From an uncultured Candidatus Micrarchaeota archaeon (lineage in GTDB: Archaea > Micrarchaeota > Micrarchaeia > CAILAH01), in contig CAILAH010000026.1 in NCBI GenBank assembly GCA_903832205.1, positions 1 through 56,703 of the forward strand: a stretch of 56,703 bases of DNA. The letters are read 5' to 3'. The notes under the pieces are model-generated. The model was not told the origin of the DNA and ran no database searches. It worked only from the letters and a program-made list of their open reading frames with translations. The position numbers and the translations under genes are program-made. Shown one piece after another: positions 33,340 to 42,589 of this stretch; position 1 is the first letter of the stretch; every line of letters starts with the position of its first letter.

Positions 33340-33795
33340 TTACGCCCACCGCCCTTTTGGACGAACGGTTGTTTTTTCGTCGGGGTTCTTGAAATTGAAC
33401 TCGGCGGATGCAATCACGGTGCCCTGGGGAGCGCCTGCCTTTGCCATATCTGTCAGGACCTTTGCCTTTTCATCCCCGCCTTCGGCATACTTGTTCAGCT
33501 CATACCTGCTTCCCTTAAAGCGCAGGTAATACTCCGGGACATTTTCCTTATTTAGCACGACCACGATTGAGACGTTTTTAATGAGGTCTTCGTGCGTCTT
33601 GAGCGCTGCAAGCACCTCATTCCCGCCTTTAATGCGGGATGCAAATTCCCTAAGGCTGGGGTCAGTAAGATTTTGCTCTTTGAGCATGTTATTAACCGTG
33701 CTCTTAAAGCTTGGCGACAGGGCGGCCACATAGGGCACCTGCTTTTCAGTTAATTCCGCAACCGATTTTCCTTTTACCATATAATTCTCTGCCAT
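33340..33795 (-). CDS. Hypothetical protein
   Basis: Starts at ATG 33795 after the SD GAGGTG. Its stop abuts the downstream gene start. No recognisable family. Confidence 0.7.
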   Translation of the reverse strand: MAENYMVKGKSVAELTEKQVPYVAALSPSFKSTVNNMLKEQNLTDPSLREFASRIKGGNEVLAALKTHEDLIKNVSIVVVLNKENVPEYYLRFKGSRYELNKYAEGGDEKAKVLTDMAKAGAPQGTVIASAEFNFKNPDEKTTVRPKGRWA

Positions 33796-33841
33796 CAAGA
33801 ACACCTCGTTTACGTAATATTATCTTTCTGTCCACCGCTAT

Positions 33842-34402
33842 TTAAACGTATCTATCAAGGGTGGATTTGAGAGATTTCAACGCCTTAATTCTCCCATCCA
33901 CAAGCGATGACAGCTCACTGGCACTGTGCTTGAGCTCTCCCGCAAGGAGCTTCTTGCCCTTCACATCGCCCGCAATCTCAACAAGCTTTTTTGTGATAAG
34001 TGCAAACTGCGCCTCTTCGGGAATGGAAAGCTCCTCCTGCATCCACTTAACGGCTGCGCGCATGGCACGCTCCTCCTCGCTGCCGCCGGCCATCCCCCTC
34101 GTTGTCGAGGTCGTGGAGGCGCCGCTTATATGCAAATCCAGATAGCGGAAATCCTCTTCAAGGAGCGCTGAGCCCGGTTTCGTGTTTGCGTCATCCCAGT
34201 GCCTTGAAAGCTTTGTGCGCAGCACCTCAATGAGCGCCAGCGCCTGAAGCCTGGATTTTGTAGGTATGGGGGCAGAACGCGCATATTTCTCTTCTGAATC
34301 CAGCCACTCGAGAAGCGTTTTTGCGTCGATTTTTGTGGGCTTGGCTAGCGGCTTCCCGAGCGAGCCCGCCTTTATGTAATAGTCCTGCCATTCATCTGCC
34401 AT
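33842..34402 (-). CDS. Hypothetical helical protein
   Basis: MADEWQDYYIKAG.... Starts at ATG 34402 (GTG 34411 is an alternative). A TATA-like AAAAGTATTTATGC lies at 34433-34446. Confidence 0.7.
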   Translation of the reverse strand: MADEWQDYYIKAGSLGKPLAKPTKIDAKTLLEWLDSEEKYARSAPIPTKSRLQALALIEVLRTKLSRHWDDANTKPGSALLEEDFRYLDLHISGASTTSTTRGMAGGSEEERAMRAAVKWMQEELSIPEEAQFALITKKLVEIAGDVKGKKLLAGELKHSASELSSLVDGRIKALKSLKSTLDRYV

Positions 34403-34539
34403 CGTGAACACCGTATGAAGACATTGGTGGGAAAAGTATTTATGCTGTTGATTCCCAAGGAGTTCAGACGGAATACTGGAAGTGTGGCTGTAGAAACGTT
34501 TATAAATCTTGCCAAAGAAAGTATAACCTGCCCAGTTAT

Positions 34540-34555
34540 CTTTATATTATTATTG
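34540..34555 (+). promoter_or_regulatory. TATA element of tfb
   Basis: CTTTATATTATTATTG is centred 27 nt upstream of ATG 34574. Confidence 0.5.
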
Positions 34556-34573
34556 CAAAATGAAGGTGTGAAT

Positions 34574-35500
34574 ATGACTACCGTAAAAGAATGTCCCGAG
34601 TGTAAGGGCTCTAAAATCATACAGGACTATGAGCGCGGAGAGCTCATATGCGCAACCTGCGGGCTCGTCATAAGCGACAGCATGGTCGACGAGGGCCCCG
34701 AATGGAGGGCTTTTGACAGCGACCAGAGGGACAAGAGGGCGAGGACGGGAGCGCCGATAAAGCTGATGAGGCCGAACAAGGGCCTGTCGACTGAGATAGA
34801 CCAGTACAACAGGGACATTCGCGGGGTAAAAATCAACACCAAGAAGCAGGCACAGCTCTACAGGATGAGGAAGTGGCACAAGAGAAGCAGCATCCAGAGC
34901 TCTGTCGAGAGGAATTTGGCAATCGCATTAACCGAGTTGGACAAGATCGCATCATACCTCGGGCTGCACGAATCCATAAGGGAGGAGGCGGCACTGATGT
35001 ACAGGCGATGCATCGAGAAGGGAGTCCGCGGCAAGAATATTGAAGCATTAGTTGCTGCTGTCATATATGCAGTGTGCAGGCAGAGGAACATGCCCAGGAC
35101 GCTCGCAGAGATAGCACAGGTATCTGGAGTAAAGAGAAAGGACATCGGAAGGACCTACAGGATCCTCGTGCAGGAATTAAGCATCGGCGTGCCCCTGGCA
35201 AACCCGCTGCATTATGTCCCCAGGTTCGTTACCGGGCTCGGCCTCAGCGGCAGGGTGCAGGAAACGGCCATGGACATACTCAAGGATGCCATTGACAGGA
35301 AGCTCATTTCTGGAAGGGGCCCCACTGGACTGGCGGCTGCTGCGGTTTACGCATCATGCCTCCGCCATGCGGAGCACAGGACGCAGAAAGAGGTTGCCGA
35401 GGCTGCCGGAATCACTGAGGTCACAATCAGAAACAGGTTCAAGGAGCTGAAGGACACGCTCAAGCTGGACCTCCCGGAGATTGAAAGCCCCTATGCATAA
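34574..35500 (+). CDS. tfb: Transcription initiation factor IIB (TFB)
   Basis: Has the N-terminal Zn ribbon CPECKGSKIIQDYERGELICATCGLV, the B-reader/linker EGPEWRAF, and two cyclin-fold repeats. The ORF's upstream 53 codons are non-coding leader. Confidence 0.95.
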   Translation: MTTVKECPECKGSKIIQDYERGELICATCGLVISDSMVDEGPEWRAFDSDQRDKRARTGAPIKLMRPNKGLSTEIDQYNRDIRGVKINTKKQAQLYRMRKWHKRSSIQSSVERNLAIALTELDKIASYLGLHESIREEAALMYRRCIEKGVRGKNIEALVAAVIYAVCRQRNMPRTLAEIAQVSGVKRKDIGRTYRILVQELSIGVPLANPLHYVPRFVTGLGLSGRVQETAMDILKDAIDRKLISGRGPTGLAAAAVYASCLRHAEHRTQKEVAEAAGITEVTIRNRFKELKDTLKLDLPEIESPYA

Positions 35501-35506
35501 ATCGCC

Positions 35507-36238
35507 ATGATACAAGATATTTTGAACAAGATACGCCACGAATGCGACGTAATACTCATGGTTGCGGACGCCCGCAGCCCGGGTTCGATTTTTCCTTTTC
35601 GCACATATAGGGGCAACAAGGTAATCCTGATAATCAACAAGATTGACCTGTGCACCGATTCTGAAATCAACGGGATGAGGGAGAAATACAGGAACGCCAT
35701 ACTCATGTCCGCAAAGACAAGGAAGGGGAAGGGGCACCTGCTGCACACGCTCATCTGGATTGCAAAGGAGAAGAAGCACCTCATAAGGGTAGGCGTAATC
35801 GGCGTGCCCAACGTTGGGAAATCATCAATCATTAACCTGCTGAGGGGAAAAAGGAGCGCCAGGACAAGCCCGACGCCGGGCGAGACAAAGGGCCTGCAGT
35901 GGGTCAAGCTGAAGAAGGACATTCTGCTCTACGATTCGCCGGGGGTATTCATCAGGGACGTGAAGGAGCAGGCGCTCGCAAGGGTATCCACCATTGCCGC
36001 TGAGAAGATGAAGGACCCGGAGAGCGCGGCAGTCAAGCTGCTGGAGCACTTGATAGGCATCAGGGGCAGGAAGCACATCGCAGCGCATTATGAAATACAG
36101 CTTGATGAGGGCGATGACGAGTTCGTTATACTTGAGAAGATTGCAACAAGGAACGGCATGCTGCTAAAGGGCGGCGAGCTGGACGTGAACAGGGCGGCAA
36201 AGAGGATAATACACGACTGGCAGACAGGAAAAATCTAA
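35507..36238 (+). CDS. Circularly permuted GTPase (YlqF/RbgA/MJ1464-like ribosome-biogenesis GTPase)
   Basis: The motif order is permuted: G4 INKIDL, then G1 GVPNVGKSS, then G3 YDSPGV. Confidence 0.8.
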   Translation: MIQDILNKIRHECDVILMVADARSPGSIFPFRTYRGNKVILIINKIDLCTDSEINGMREKYRNAILMSAKTRKGKGHLLHTLIWIAKEKKHLIRVGVIGVPNVGKSSIINLLRGKRSARTSPTPGETKGLQWVKLKKDILLYDSPGVFIRDVKEQALARVSTIAAEKMKDPESAAVKLLEHLIGIRGRKHIAAHYEIQLDEGDDEFVILEKIATRNGMLLKGGELDVNRAAKRIIHDWQTGKI

Positions 36239-36270
36239 AAGAATATAATTGTTCACGTCGTAATTTTATC

Positions 36271-37566
36271 ATGAGAAAAGCACTTATGTTCGCATTTTTC
36301 CTACTGTTTGCGGCATCACTGTTCGCACTGTGGACCGAGAAGGTGGAGGTCCATGTGGTTGACAAGAGCTTAAGGCCGATCAAGGGCGCAGTTGTCACCG
36401 TGCTCTACCAGAGGAGCAGCTGGCCCATTACCGACAAGGACACCTCTTTTGACGGCATAGGAATATTCATCACAAATGAGAGCGGCAAGGTGAGTTTCTC
36501 ATTCGCAAACCAGGTTGATTTTGCGGCACACCAGATTTACTACTATAAGGTGAAGGCCAACTTCAGCACGATGCTGCAGCAGAGCGAGAAGGTGCTTTGC
36601 ACGGTCGTTGAGGGCACGTGCCACGATTTCCAGCCCTACCCTGTGACATTCAAGTTCGACGCATACAGGATTAACATGAAGGTGCAGGACCAGAATGGCG
36701 AGCCCATTGAGGGCGCGAAGGTTTACACTGCATTGGGCAATTTCACAACCGATGAAAAGGGGGAAGCGTGGGTAAACATGCCCAACGGCGCATCCTACTC
36801 AATCATAGTGGAGTACGGCGGCAAGAAGAGGACGCTCACGGGAAAAATCGCAAGCAAGGATGAGAACCCGGTGGTGGTGCTCAGCAGGTTTGATTTGAAG
36901 TTCAGGGTAATCAATGACAAGGGGGACCCGGTGCCCGCGGATGTTTTGGTGGACGGCAGCAGCCAGCACACCGACGACCAGGGATATGTGCAGTTCAAGA
37001 ACATCATCAGCGACAATGTGGAGGTATTCCTGAGATATGCTGATGGCTCAAGGTATTACAACATCAGCCTTACTTCAAACATAGACAGCGAGCTTGTGAT
37101 TGATGAGAACCCGCCCGTAGTGACAATCTCCGGAAAGAGGGCGGATGAGAAGCTGAAGGCAATATTCATAACGGCCATGGTCACCGACCCAAACCCCAAG
37201 GCGAGCGGGATGCGCACAACCGAGCCTGTTGTTTTGAAATACAATGCGGGTGAGGGATGGAAATCGCTTGACATGTACAAGACGGGGAAGGATACCTACC
37301 AGGCAACAATACCCCTAATTTACGACACGAACATTTTGTTTGAGATAACCGCCTATGATGCGCAGGATAACGAGAAGACCGTAAGCGACAGCATCTTTGT
37401 GAAGAAGGAGGGCGGGGTTGTGACGAACAATACCAATACTACGCAGCCGCCGGCAGATGGCGGGCAGCCGCAGGGCGGGCTGGATATCGTCACGCTTGCG
37501 GCAGGGGTGATTGTGGTGCTGATCGTGCTGCTCATACTCTACAAGAAATATACTGGGGAGATTTAG
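36271..37566 (+). CDS. Surface protein with repeated beta-sandwich (carboxypeptidase-regulatory-like, inferred) modules, signal peptide and C-terminal TM anchor
   Basis: Signal peptide MRKALMFAFFLLFAASLFA. Recurring VxVxDxxGxPIxGAxV-type modules. C-terminal IVTLAAGVIVVLIVLLILYKKY. Confidence 0.75.
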   Translation: MRKALMFAFFLLFAASLFALWTEKVEVHVVDKSLRPIKGAVVTVLYQRSSWPITDKDTSFDGIGIFITNESGKVSFSFANQVDFAAHQIYYYKVKANFSTMLQQSEKVLCTVVEGTCHDFQPYPVTFKFDAYRINMKVQDQNGEPIEGAKVYTALGNFTTDEKGEAWVNMPNGASYSIIVEYGGKKRTLTGKIASKDENPVVVLSRFDLKFRVINDKGDPVPADVLVDGSSQHTDDQGYVQFKNIISDNVEVFLRYADGSRYYNISLTSNIDSELVIDENPPVVTISGKRADEKLKAIFITAMVTDPNPKASGMRTTEPVVLKYNAGEGWKSLDMYKTGKDTYQATIPLIYDTNILFEITAYDAQDNEKTVSDSIFVKKEGGVVTNNTNTTQPPADGGQPQGGLDIVTLAAGVIVVLIVLLILYKKYTGEI

Positions 37567-37605
37567 CTCCCCTAATTTTTCATTTTATTTAAAGAAAGAA
37601 AAAGA

Positions 37606-38616
37606 TTAGTCGATTTTGTACGCCCTTACTTTCAAGCCCGCCTCGTCAAGGAGCGCACGCGCGCTCTCAGCGAGCGGGTATTTCTCGTTGAAGACCACTT
37701 CCACAATGCCTGCGTTGATTATCATCTTTGCGCAGATCAGGCAGGGCGAGAACGTTGTGTAGATGGTGCACCCTTTGGTGCTCACGCCATTGTAGGCTGC
37801 CTGCACGATTGCGTTCTCCTCGCCGTGGGAGCAGTAGCAGTCCTCCAGGTTTTTGCCGCCCTCCTCAAAATTGTTGCAGCGCGGGCAGCCGCCCTCGCCG
37901 CAGTTCCTCGTCCTCCTGGGCGTCCCATTGTATCCAGTGGAGATTATCTGCTTCTCGCGCACAAGCAGCGCCGCCACCTTCCTCTTGACGCAGATGCTCC
38001 TTGCGGCCACCTGCTTTGCGATGTTCATGAAATAGGCGTCCCAGGTCGGCCTCTCCATCTTGAACTCCTTGGAGAACGCGCTGAGCGCGCCGTTGAGCTG
38101 CTCGTAGTACTGCTCGAACGTGCCGTTGTTTTCCACCTTCCTGTCGGCAAGCACAAACGTGCCGCTCAGGTTCTGCTTTGTCCTCTCCGCATTCTCCATC
38201 TCAAGCTGCTCCATCTCCTTGAACGCCTCGAACGTGGTGGCGTCCTCCTCCCTGCCGCGCCTCTTCTGCCTTTCAAAGCGGGCCTTGGCATCGGCGGTCA
38301 CGTATACAAGAAAGAAATTGCCAAGGCGCTTGAGCTCCTCCACTTCGGCAGGGTTGCGTATGGAATCTATGACGTAGTTTTTGTCCTTGCCCATCTTCTC
38401 CTTTGCGCGCATCGCAAGGACGGCTGGGCCGAACTTCTCGCGCAGCTCGTTGCCCTTCTGGATGAGGTTTTCCCTCGTCACCGCCTTGTCCTCTTCCTTC
38501 AGCGCCTCCCTTATCATGTCCGAGAGGGAGATGGGATAGAAGCTCTTTTTCGTGAGATAATCAATGGCGACGGTCTTGCCTGCGCAATTTTCACCTGTGA
38601 ACCCAATGACTAGCAT
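37606..38616 (-). CDS. Fusion of a P-loop nucleotide kinase-like domain with a dCMP/CMP deaminase domain
   Basis: N-terminal GFTGENCAGKT (P-loop). C-terminal CSHGEENAI (H-x-E) and FSPCLICAKMI (PCxxC). Starts at ATG 38616 (MLVIGFTG). Confidence 0.8.
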   Translation of the reverse strand: MLVIGFTGENCAGKTVAIDYLTKKSFYPISLSDMIREALKEEDKAVTRENLIQKGNELREKFGPAVLAMRAKEKMGKDKNYVIDSIRNPAEVEELKRLGNFFLVYVTADAKARFERQKRRGREEDATTFEAFKEMEQLEMENAERTKQNLSGTFVLADRKVENNGTFEQYYEQLNGALSAFSKEFKMERPTWDAYFMNIAKQVAARSICVKRKVAALLVREKQIISTGYNGTPRRTRNCGEGGCPRCNNFEEGGKNLEDCYCSHGEENAIVQAAYNGVSTKGCTIYTTFSPCLICAKMIINAGIVEVVFNEKYPLAESARALLDEAGLKVRAYKID

Positions 38617-38635
38617 AGGGATATTGCAAATGATA

Positions 38636-38652
38636 ATGCTAATAAATATTCC
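38636..38652. promoter_or_regulatory. Shared bidirectional TATA element for the 38616 (-) gene and tRNA-Asp (+)
   Basis: TGCTAATAAATATTCC is centred at about 38645, which is 29 nt from ATG 38616 and 29 nt from the tRNA 5' end at 38674. Confidence 0.45.
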
Positions 38653-38673
38653 TTTGTTTAAAAACACTAGCAG

Positions 38674-38745
38674 GCTCCGGTAGTGTAGCGGCTAGCATTC
38701 AGCCCTGTCACGGCTGCGACCCGGGTTCGAATCCCGGCCGGGGCG
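38674..38745 (+). tRNA. tRNA-Asp(GUC)
   Basis: Acceptor GCTCCGG/CCGGGGC. Anticodon arm CAGCC-CTGTCAC-GGCTG. T arm CCGGG-TTCGAAT-CCCGG. Discriminator G. No encoded CCA. Confidence 0.9.
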
Positions 38746-38820
38746 CTCTTTTAGGGTGATTTTGTAAAGTCTAACAAAGATGCTATTTACTCGCAACCTG
38801 CAAGAAAGGTAAAAGACGTA

Positions 38821-40047
38821 ATGTCGGAGCACCCATTGACAATCTCACCAAAAACCAGCATTCGAGAACTAAAAGAAATTTTTAAAAAACATTCTTATTG
38901 GAGCGTATATGTAATCAATAAAGGCAGACTAGTTGGAATAATCACTAGAGGTGATCTGAGGCAAAGAGCAAAAAATCTTAATCCGAATGTTGCTTCTGAG
39001 AAAATAATGTCAAAAGAGGTTAAAACGATAGATTCAAATGAAGACGTCTTGATTGCCCGACGCAAATTAAAAGAACAAAAAATTAACGGTTTGGCTGTAA
39101 TGGATAATGACGAACTTGTTGGAATAATTACTAGGTATGACATTAAAACCAAATATCGTTCAAGTAGTAAATTACGAGGGCGAGGTGTGCTGCAAATATC
39201 TGACAAAACAAAAGTCAAAAGTACACCATCAAATAATCAAGGTAAAGTAGTGTCTAAACTCATTCTGCAACCTAGATCCAACACAAATATCCTAGAGAAC
39301 GTCAAATCAAAGTATGAAAATGGATATGTTCCTAAATATTTGGGAGCGTCAGTTATTAGCAAATTGTTTTGGTGCCATCAAGAATTTGTATACAGATCGA
39401 TTGAAAAAGAAGATATGTTTAAAGCAGAATCAAAGAGAAGTCTGAGATTAGATACGGCTGGGAAATTTATAGACGTAAGTTCGTCTGCAATTAATCGTTA
39501 TAAACAAATGGGCATTAAATGTGCAACAACCGAGGGTAAAGAATCTGTTGGGTTTATTGATGAAGATCCTTTTCTTAAAGAATCCCGTCAGCACGTACTA
39601 GAGCAAGCAAGTGATTTTCAAAGAGGGAAGTTTTTGCATGATTATTATTCAAAGCAATCTAACTTTGTTCAAGTTGTCTTGGATTACAAAGGTTATTCCA
39701 TCATAGCTGCGCCAGATGCAGTGTTTGATGAATATATACATGAGTTCAAATCTACGAAATACAATGCATTAGTACGTTATGTTAAACCTTGCGCAATTTA
39801 TCAGGCTAAAATTTATGCATACATATTCGGTAGAAAGAATTACGAAGTGGTAGTTCATAGTTTAGAGAGTGAAGAAAATTACACAGATAAAGGCACAGTG
39901 GATAATTCAGAGGTTGAAGAAAAATTAGACATTGCAATAAATCTTTTAGAGAGGAAGATGAATCCTTGGCCACCTAAGGGTTGGAAATGTAAAATATGTG
40001 ATTTCTTAACTATTTGCCCACTAGGTGCTAAATCTGTGAAAAAATAG
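38821..40047 (+). CDS. CBS-pair domain fused to a Cas4/RecB-like PD-(D/E)xK nuclease with a Cx2Cx5C cluster
   Basis: Two CBS modules (..RLVGIITRGDL, ..ELVGIITRYDI). Nuclease core AAPDAVFDEYIHEFKS and the QxxxY-like YQAKIYAY. C-terminal WKCKICDFLTIC. The gene is visibly AT-rich compared with its flanks. Confidence 0.7.
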   Translation: MSEHPLTISPKTSIRELKEIFKKHSYWSVYVINKGRLVGIITRGDLRQRAKNLNPNVASEKIMSKEVKTIDSNEDVLIARRKLKEQKINGLAVMDNDELVGIITRYDIKTKYRSSSKLRGRGVLQISDKTKVKSTPSNNQGKVVSKLILQPRSNTNILENVKSKYENGYVPKYLGASVISKLFWCHQEFVYRSIEKEDMFKAESKRSLRLDTAGKFIDVSSSAINRYKQMGIKCATTEGKESVGFIDEDPFLKESRQHVLEQASDFQRGKFLHDYYSKQSNFVQVVLDYKGYSIIAAPDAVFDEYIHEFKSTKYNALVRYVKPCAIYQAKIYAYIFGRKNYEVVVHSLESEENYTDKGTVDNSEVEEKLDIAINLLERKMNPWPPKGWKCKICDFLTICPLGAKSVKK

Positions 40048-40294
40048 TTTCAGCGATTTGTTCCGCCTCAGTTTTTTCCTTTGCCTTCTTGATGATTGCC
40101 TTGCCGCGGCGGTAGAGCGCGACCTCGACCTCGCCCTTTGTCCCGATAACCAGGATGTCGCTTTTCATCTTTATCTTGAACCCCGCCTTTTCCATAATGG
40201 AGGACATCCGCTCAGGAGATAATTCAACCTCGCCTTCGGGCACAGCATCGAACGTGTTGCTTCCCCTGCAGGGCGAGCTTAGACGGTACTTCAT
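40028..40294 (-). CDS. Small hypothetical protein (88 aa)
   Basis: An intact ORF with normal GC, whose stop overlaps the next gene's start (ATGA-type junction with 40291..40890). No confident family. Confidence 0.55.
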   Translation of the reverse strand: MKYRLSSPCRGSNTFDAVPEGEVELSPERMSSIMEKAGFKIKMKSDILVIGTKGEVEVALYRRGKAIIKKAKEKTEAEQIAETIFSQI

Positions 40295-40890
40295 CGTCTT
40301 TTACTATAATTCATAACAAATATAAACCTCTGCAAAAATGCGATTACTGAGAGGAGCGCGCAAAACGTGAGGAGATACATTGAGTAGAGCGGGCTCAGGA
40401 GATAGAGCAGGAGCGCCACGAATATGAAGAACGTGCGCTCGGTCCTTTCAAAGAGGCACTGCATTTTATCAAGGGATTTCCTGTCCACCGCACCGCGGTG
40501 GTCCGCGTAGGCCTTCGCAAACGAGGTGAGAAATGTGCCGAACGCGATTATGAAAAGGATTGAGTAGAGCGCGAGCGCCGGGTTGGGCCATGCAAGGTTG
40601 GCCATGGAGACGAGAATGAAGAACTCGACTATGCGGTCCGAGATGCCGTCCATGTAGGCGCCGAATTTTGTGGCCTGCTTTTTTGCGCGCGCAACTATCC
40701 CGTCAATGCCGTCAAGAGCCAGGGCAAGGAATGAGAAGGCGGCGCCGTAGACGACATTCGAGTTGAATATGAAATAGGCGGCGATGAGCGCGAGCAGCAG
40801 CGAGAAGAATGTGATGGTGTTGGGGCTGAACGGGATTAGTTTTGCAACCGGCTCAAGGCCCTTGGTGGAGATGGATTTCTTAATGCCCAT
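40291..40890 (-). CDS. CDP-alcohol phosphatidyltransferase (archaeal phospholipid head-group synthase)
   Basis: Signature DGIDGIVARAKKQATKFGAYMDGISDRIVE (D-G-x2-A-R-x8-G-x3-D-x3-D), plus multiple TM helices. Confidence 0.9.
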   Translation of the reverse strand: MGIKKSISTKGLEPVAKLIPFSPNTITFFSLLLALIAAYFIFNSNVVYGAAFSFLALALDGIDGIVARAKKQATKFGAYMDGISDRIVEFFILVSMANLAWPNPALALYSILFIIAFGTFLTSFAKAYADHRGAVDRKSLDKMQCLFERTERTFFIFVALLLYLLSPLYSMYLLTFCALLSVIAFLQRFIFVMNYSKRR

Positions 40891-40926
40891 AAAATAAATT
40901 GGCGGGTAAGAGATAAAAACTGCTAT

Positions 40927-41484
40927 TTAGCCATTGGCGCTGAGCCCGGCGAGAAGCTCAACTATTTCCCTGTGGCCGCGGTTGCGCGCGAATGTGAGCG
41001 CGGTCTTCAGGGGGTCGCCGTTATCGCTGTGGGCAGTGAGGTTGACATCCGCGCCCTTTTCAATGAGGAGCATTACCAGCCCCTTGTTGCCGTTCCATGC
41101 AGCGAGCATCAATGCGGTCCAGCCAAATTCGCTCTGGGCATTGATATGTATCCGGGGGACTGAAAGGAGATATTCAACTATTTCCCTGTTGCCTGCGTCG
41201 CTAGCGTGCATGAGCGGTGTCCAGCCGCTGGCGTAAATCAGGTTAACATCCGCGCCCTTATCGATTGCATCCTTAACGTAATAGAGGTCACTTCTAGAAA
41301 AATCACGCAGCTGCTTGTTGGCAGATGCCTTATCCTTTGTTACAATTGCCGCGCCTGCTGGAGGTTCGGGCGAGGGCTTTTTCTTTATCCACACCACGCC
41401 CTTCACGACTCTCTTCTTGCCTTTTTCTTTGGCTAATTTCTTTGCCTCTTCGGCCCGTTTCTTTACACTAGAGTATTTTACCAC
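40927..41484 (-). CDS. Ankyrin-repeat protein with a basic N-terminal tail
   Basis: GWTPLMHASDAGNREIVEYLL and GWTALMLAAWNGNKGLVMLLIEKGADVN. N-terminal K-rich segment. Confidence 0.85.
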   Translation of the reverse strand: MVKYSSVKKRAEEAKKLAKEKGKKRVVKGVVWIKKKPSPEPPAGAAIVTKDKASANKQLRDFSRSDLYYVKDAIDKGADVNLIYASGWTPLMHASDAGNREIVEYLLSVPRIHINAQSEFGWTALMLAAWNGNKGLVMLLIEKGADVNLTAHSDNGDPLKTALTFARNRGHREIVELLAGLSANG

Positions 41485-41519
41485 GGCTAATTTCTAGAAA
41501 TCAGAAAATAAAAACATTT

Positions 41520-42500
41520 CTATGCGGGGGCGTCTTCAATCCGATATTTAGGATTAATTGAGTATTCCTTGTCAGGGTAATTGCCCTTGTACTTATTGTG
41601 CAGGTAGTATGCAGTGTAGGCAATCATCGCCCCGTTGTCCCTGTTGTAGGGGTTGCTGGCCACGCCGAATTTCACTTTATTCTCTTCTGACATTGCGCGC
41701 ACCATCTCCTGCAGGCGCGAGTTCTGCGCAACACCGCCGCACAGGAGAACCTCATCCTTTTTCACGAGCATGAGCGCGCGCTCGGCCGCCTCGCACAGCA
41801 TGGCGAACGCGGTTTCCTGGAATGAATAGGCAATATCTGCCGGCGTGCTTTTGGGAAGCAATTGCGCACAGCGCGTGACAAGGCCGGAGAATGCGAAATC
41901 CATCCCCTTCACCGTATAGGGAAGCTCGATGTATTTTCCAGTTTTTGCGATGCGCTCAATCTCGCCGCCGTGCGCCTTCTCAAGGTTCATCTCGCGGGCG
42001 AGCGTGTCAATCGCATTTCCCATCCCAATGTCCAATGTTTCGCCTAGGACTGTGTAGTGATCGTTCTTCTTCACGAGCAATTGGGTGTTGCCGCCGCTCA
42101 CGTAGACAACCAGCGGGTCCTTGAACTTGCATTCGTGCACGCCAATCTCTATGTGCGCAACACTGTGGTGCACAGGAACCAGAGGGATTTTGTAGTGAGT
42201 TGAAAGGAGAAGCGCGCCCGTGCGCGAGATGCGCAGGCAGGGCGCCATCCCGGGGCCTTTTGAGTAGCCAATGAGATTTAGCTGGGACAGCTCTACATTG
42301 GCCTTTGAAAGCGCTGCATTCAGCAGCTCATCAAAATTTACCGAATGAAAATCTGCGGCATCGCCTGGCTTCATGCCGCCGAACGGCTGGGAATAGGACT
42401 TGTACTCGTTTGCAAGGATAGCACCATCCTTACAGATGCCGATCCCAAGCGTGTGCGCAGTGCTTTCAATTCCCAAGCAAATCATGCCATCATATCCCAT
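41520..42500 (-). CDS. kae1: tRNA N6-adenosine threonylcarbamoyltransferase Kae1
   Basis: MICLGIESTAHTLGIGI...VPVHHSVAHIE...VSGGNTQ...LCGGVAQN are Kae1/Gcp family blocks. Start may be 42500 or 42485. Confidence 0.9.
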   Translation of the reverse strand: MGYDGMICLGIESTAHTLGIGICKDGAILANEYKSYSQPFGGMKPGDAADFHSVNFDELLNAALSKANVELSQLNLIGYSKGPGMAPCLRISRTGALLLSTHYKIPLVPVHHSVAHIEIGVHECKFKDPLVVYVSGGNTQLLVKKNDHYTVLGETLDIGMGNAIDTLAREMNLEKAHGGEIERIAKTGKYIELPYTVKGMDFAFSGLVTRCAQLLPKSTPADIAYSFQETAFAMLCEAAERALMLVKKDEVLLCGGVAQNSRLQEMVRAMSEENKVKFGVASNPYNRDNGAMIAYTAYYLHNKYKGNYPDKEYSINPKYRIEDAPA

Positions 42501-42589
42501 GCACCTGTGATTTCATTCCACAAGTGAAATCATTATTATCACTAAATCAAGCTGTGTGAGAATCTTAAGAAAAACAACTATTATGAACC

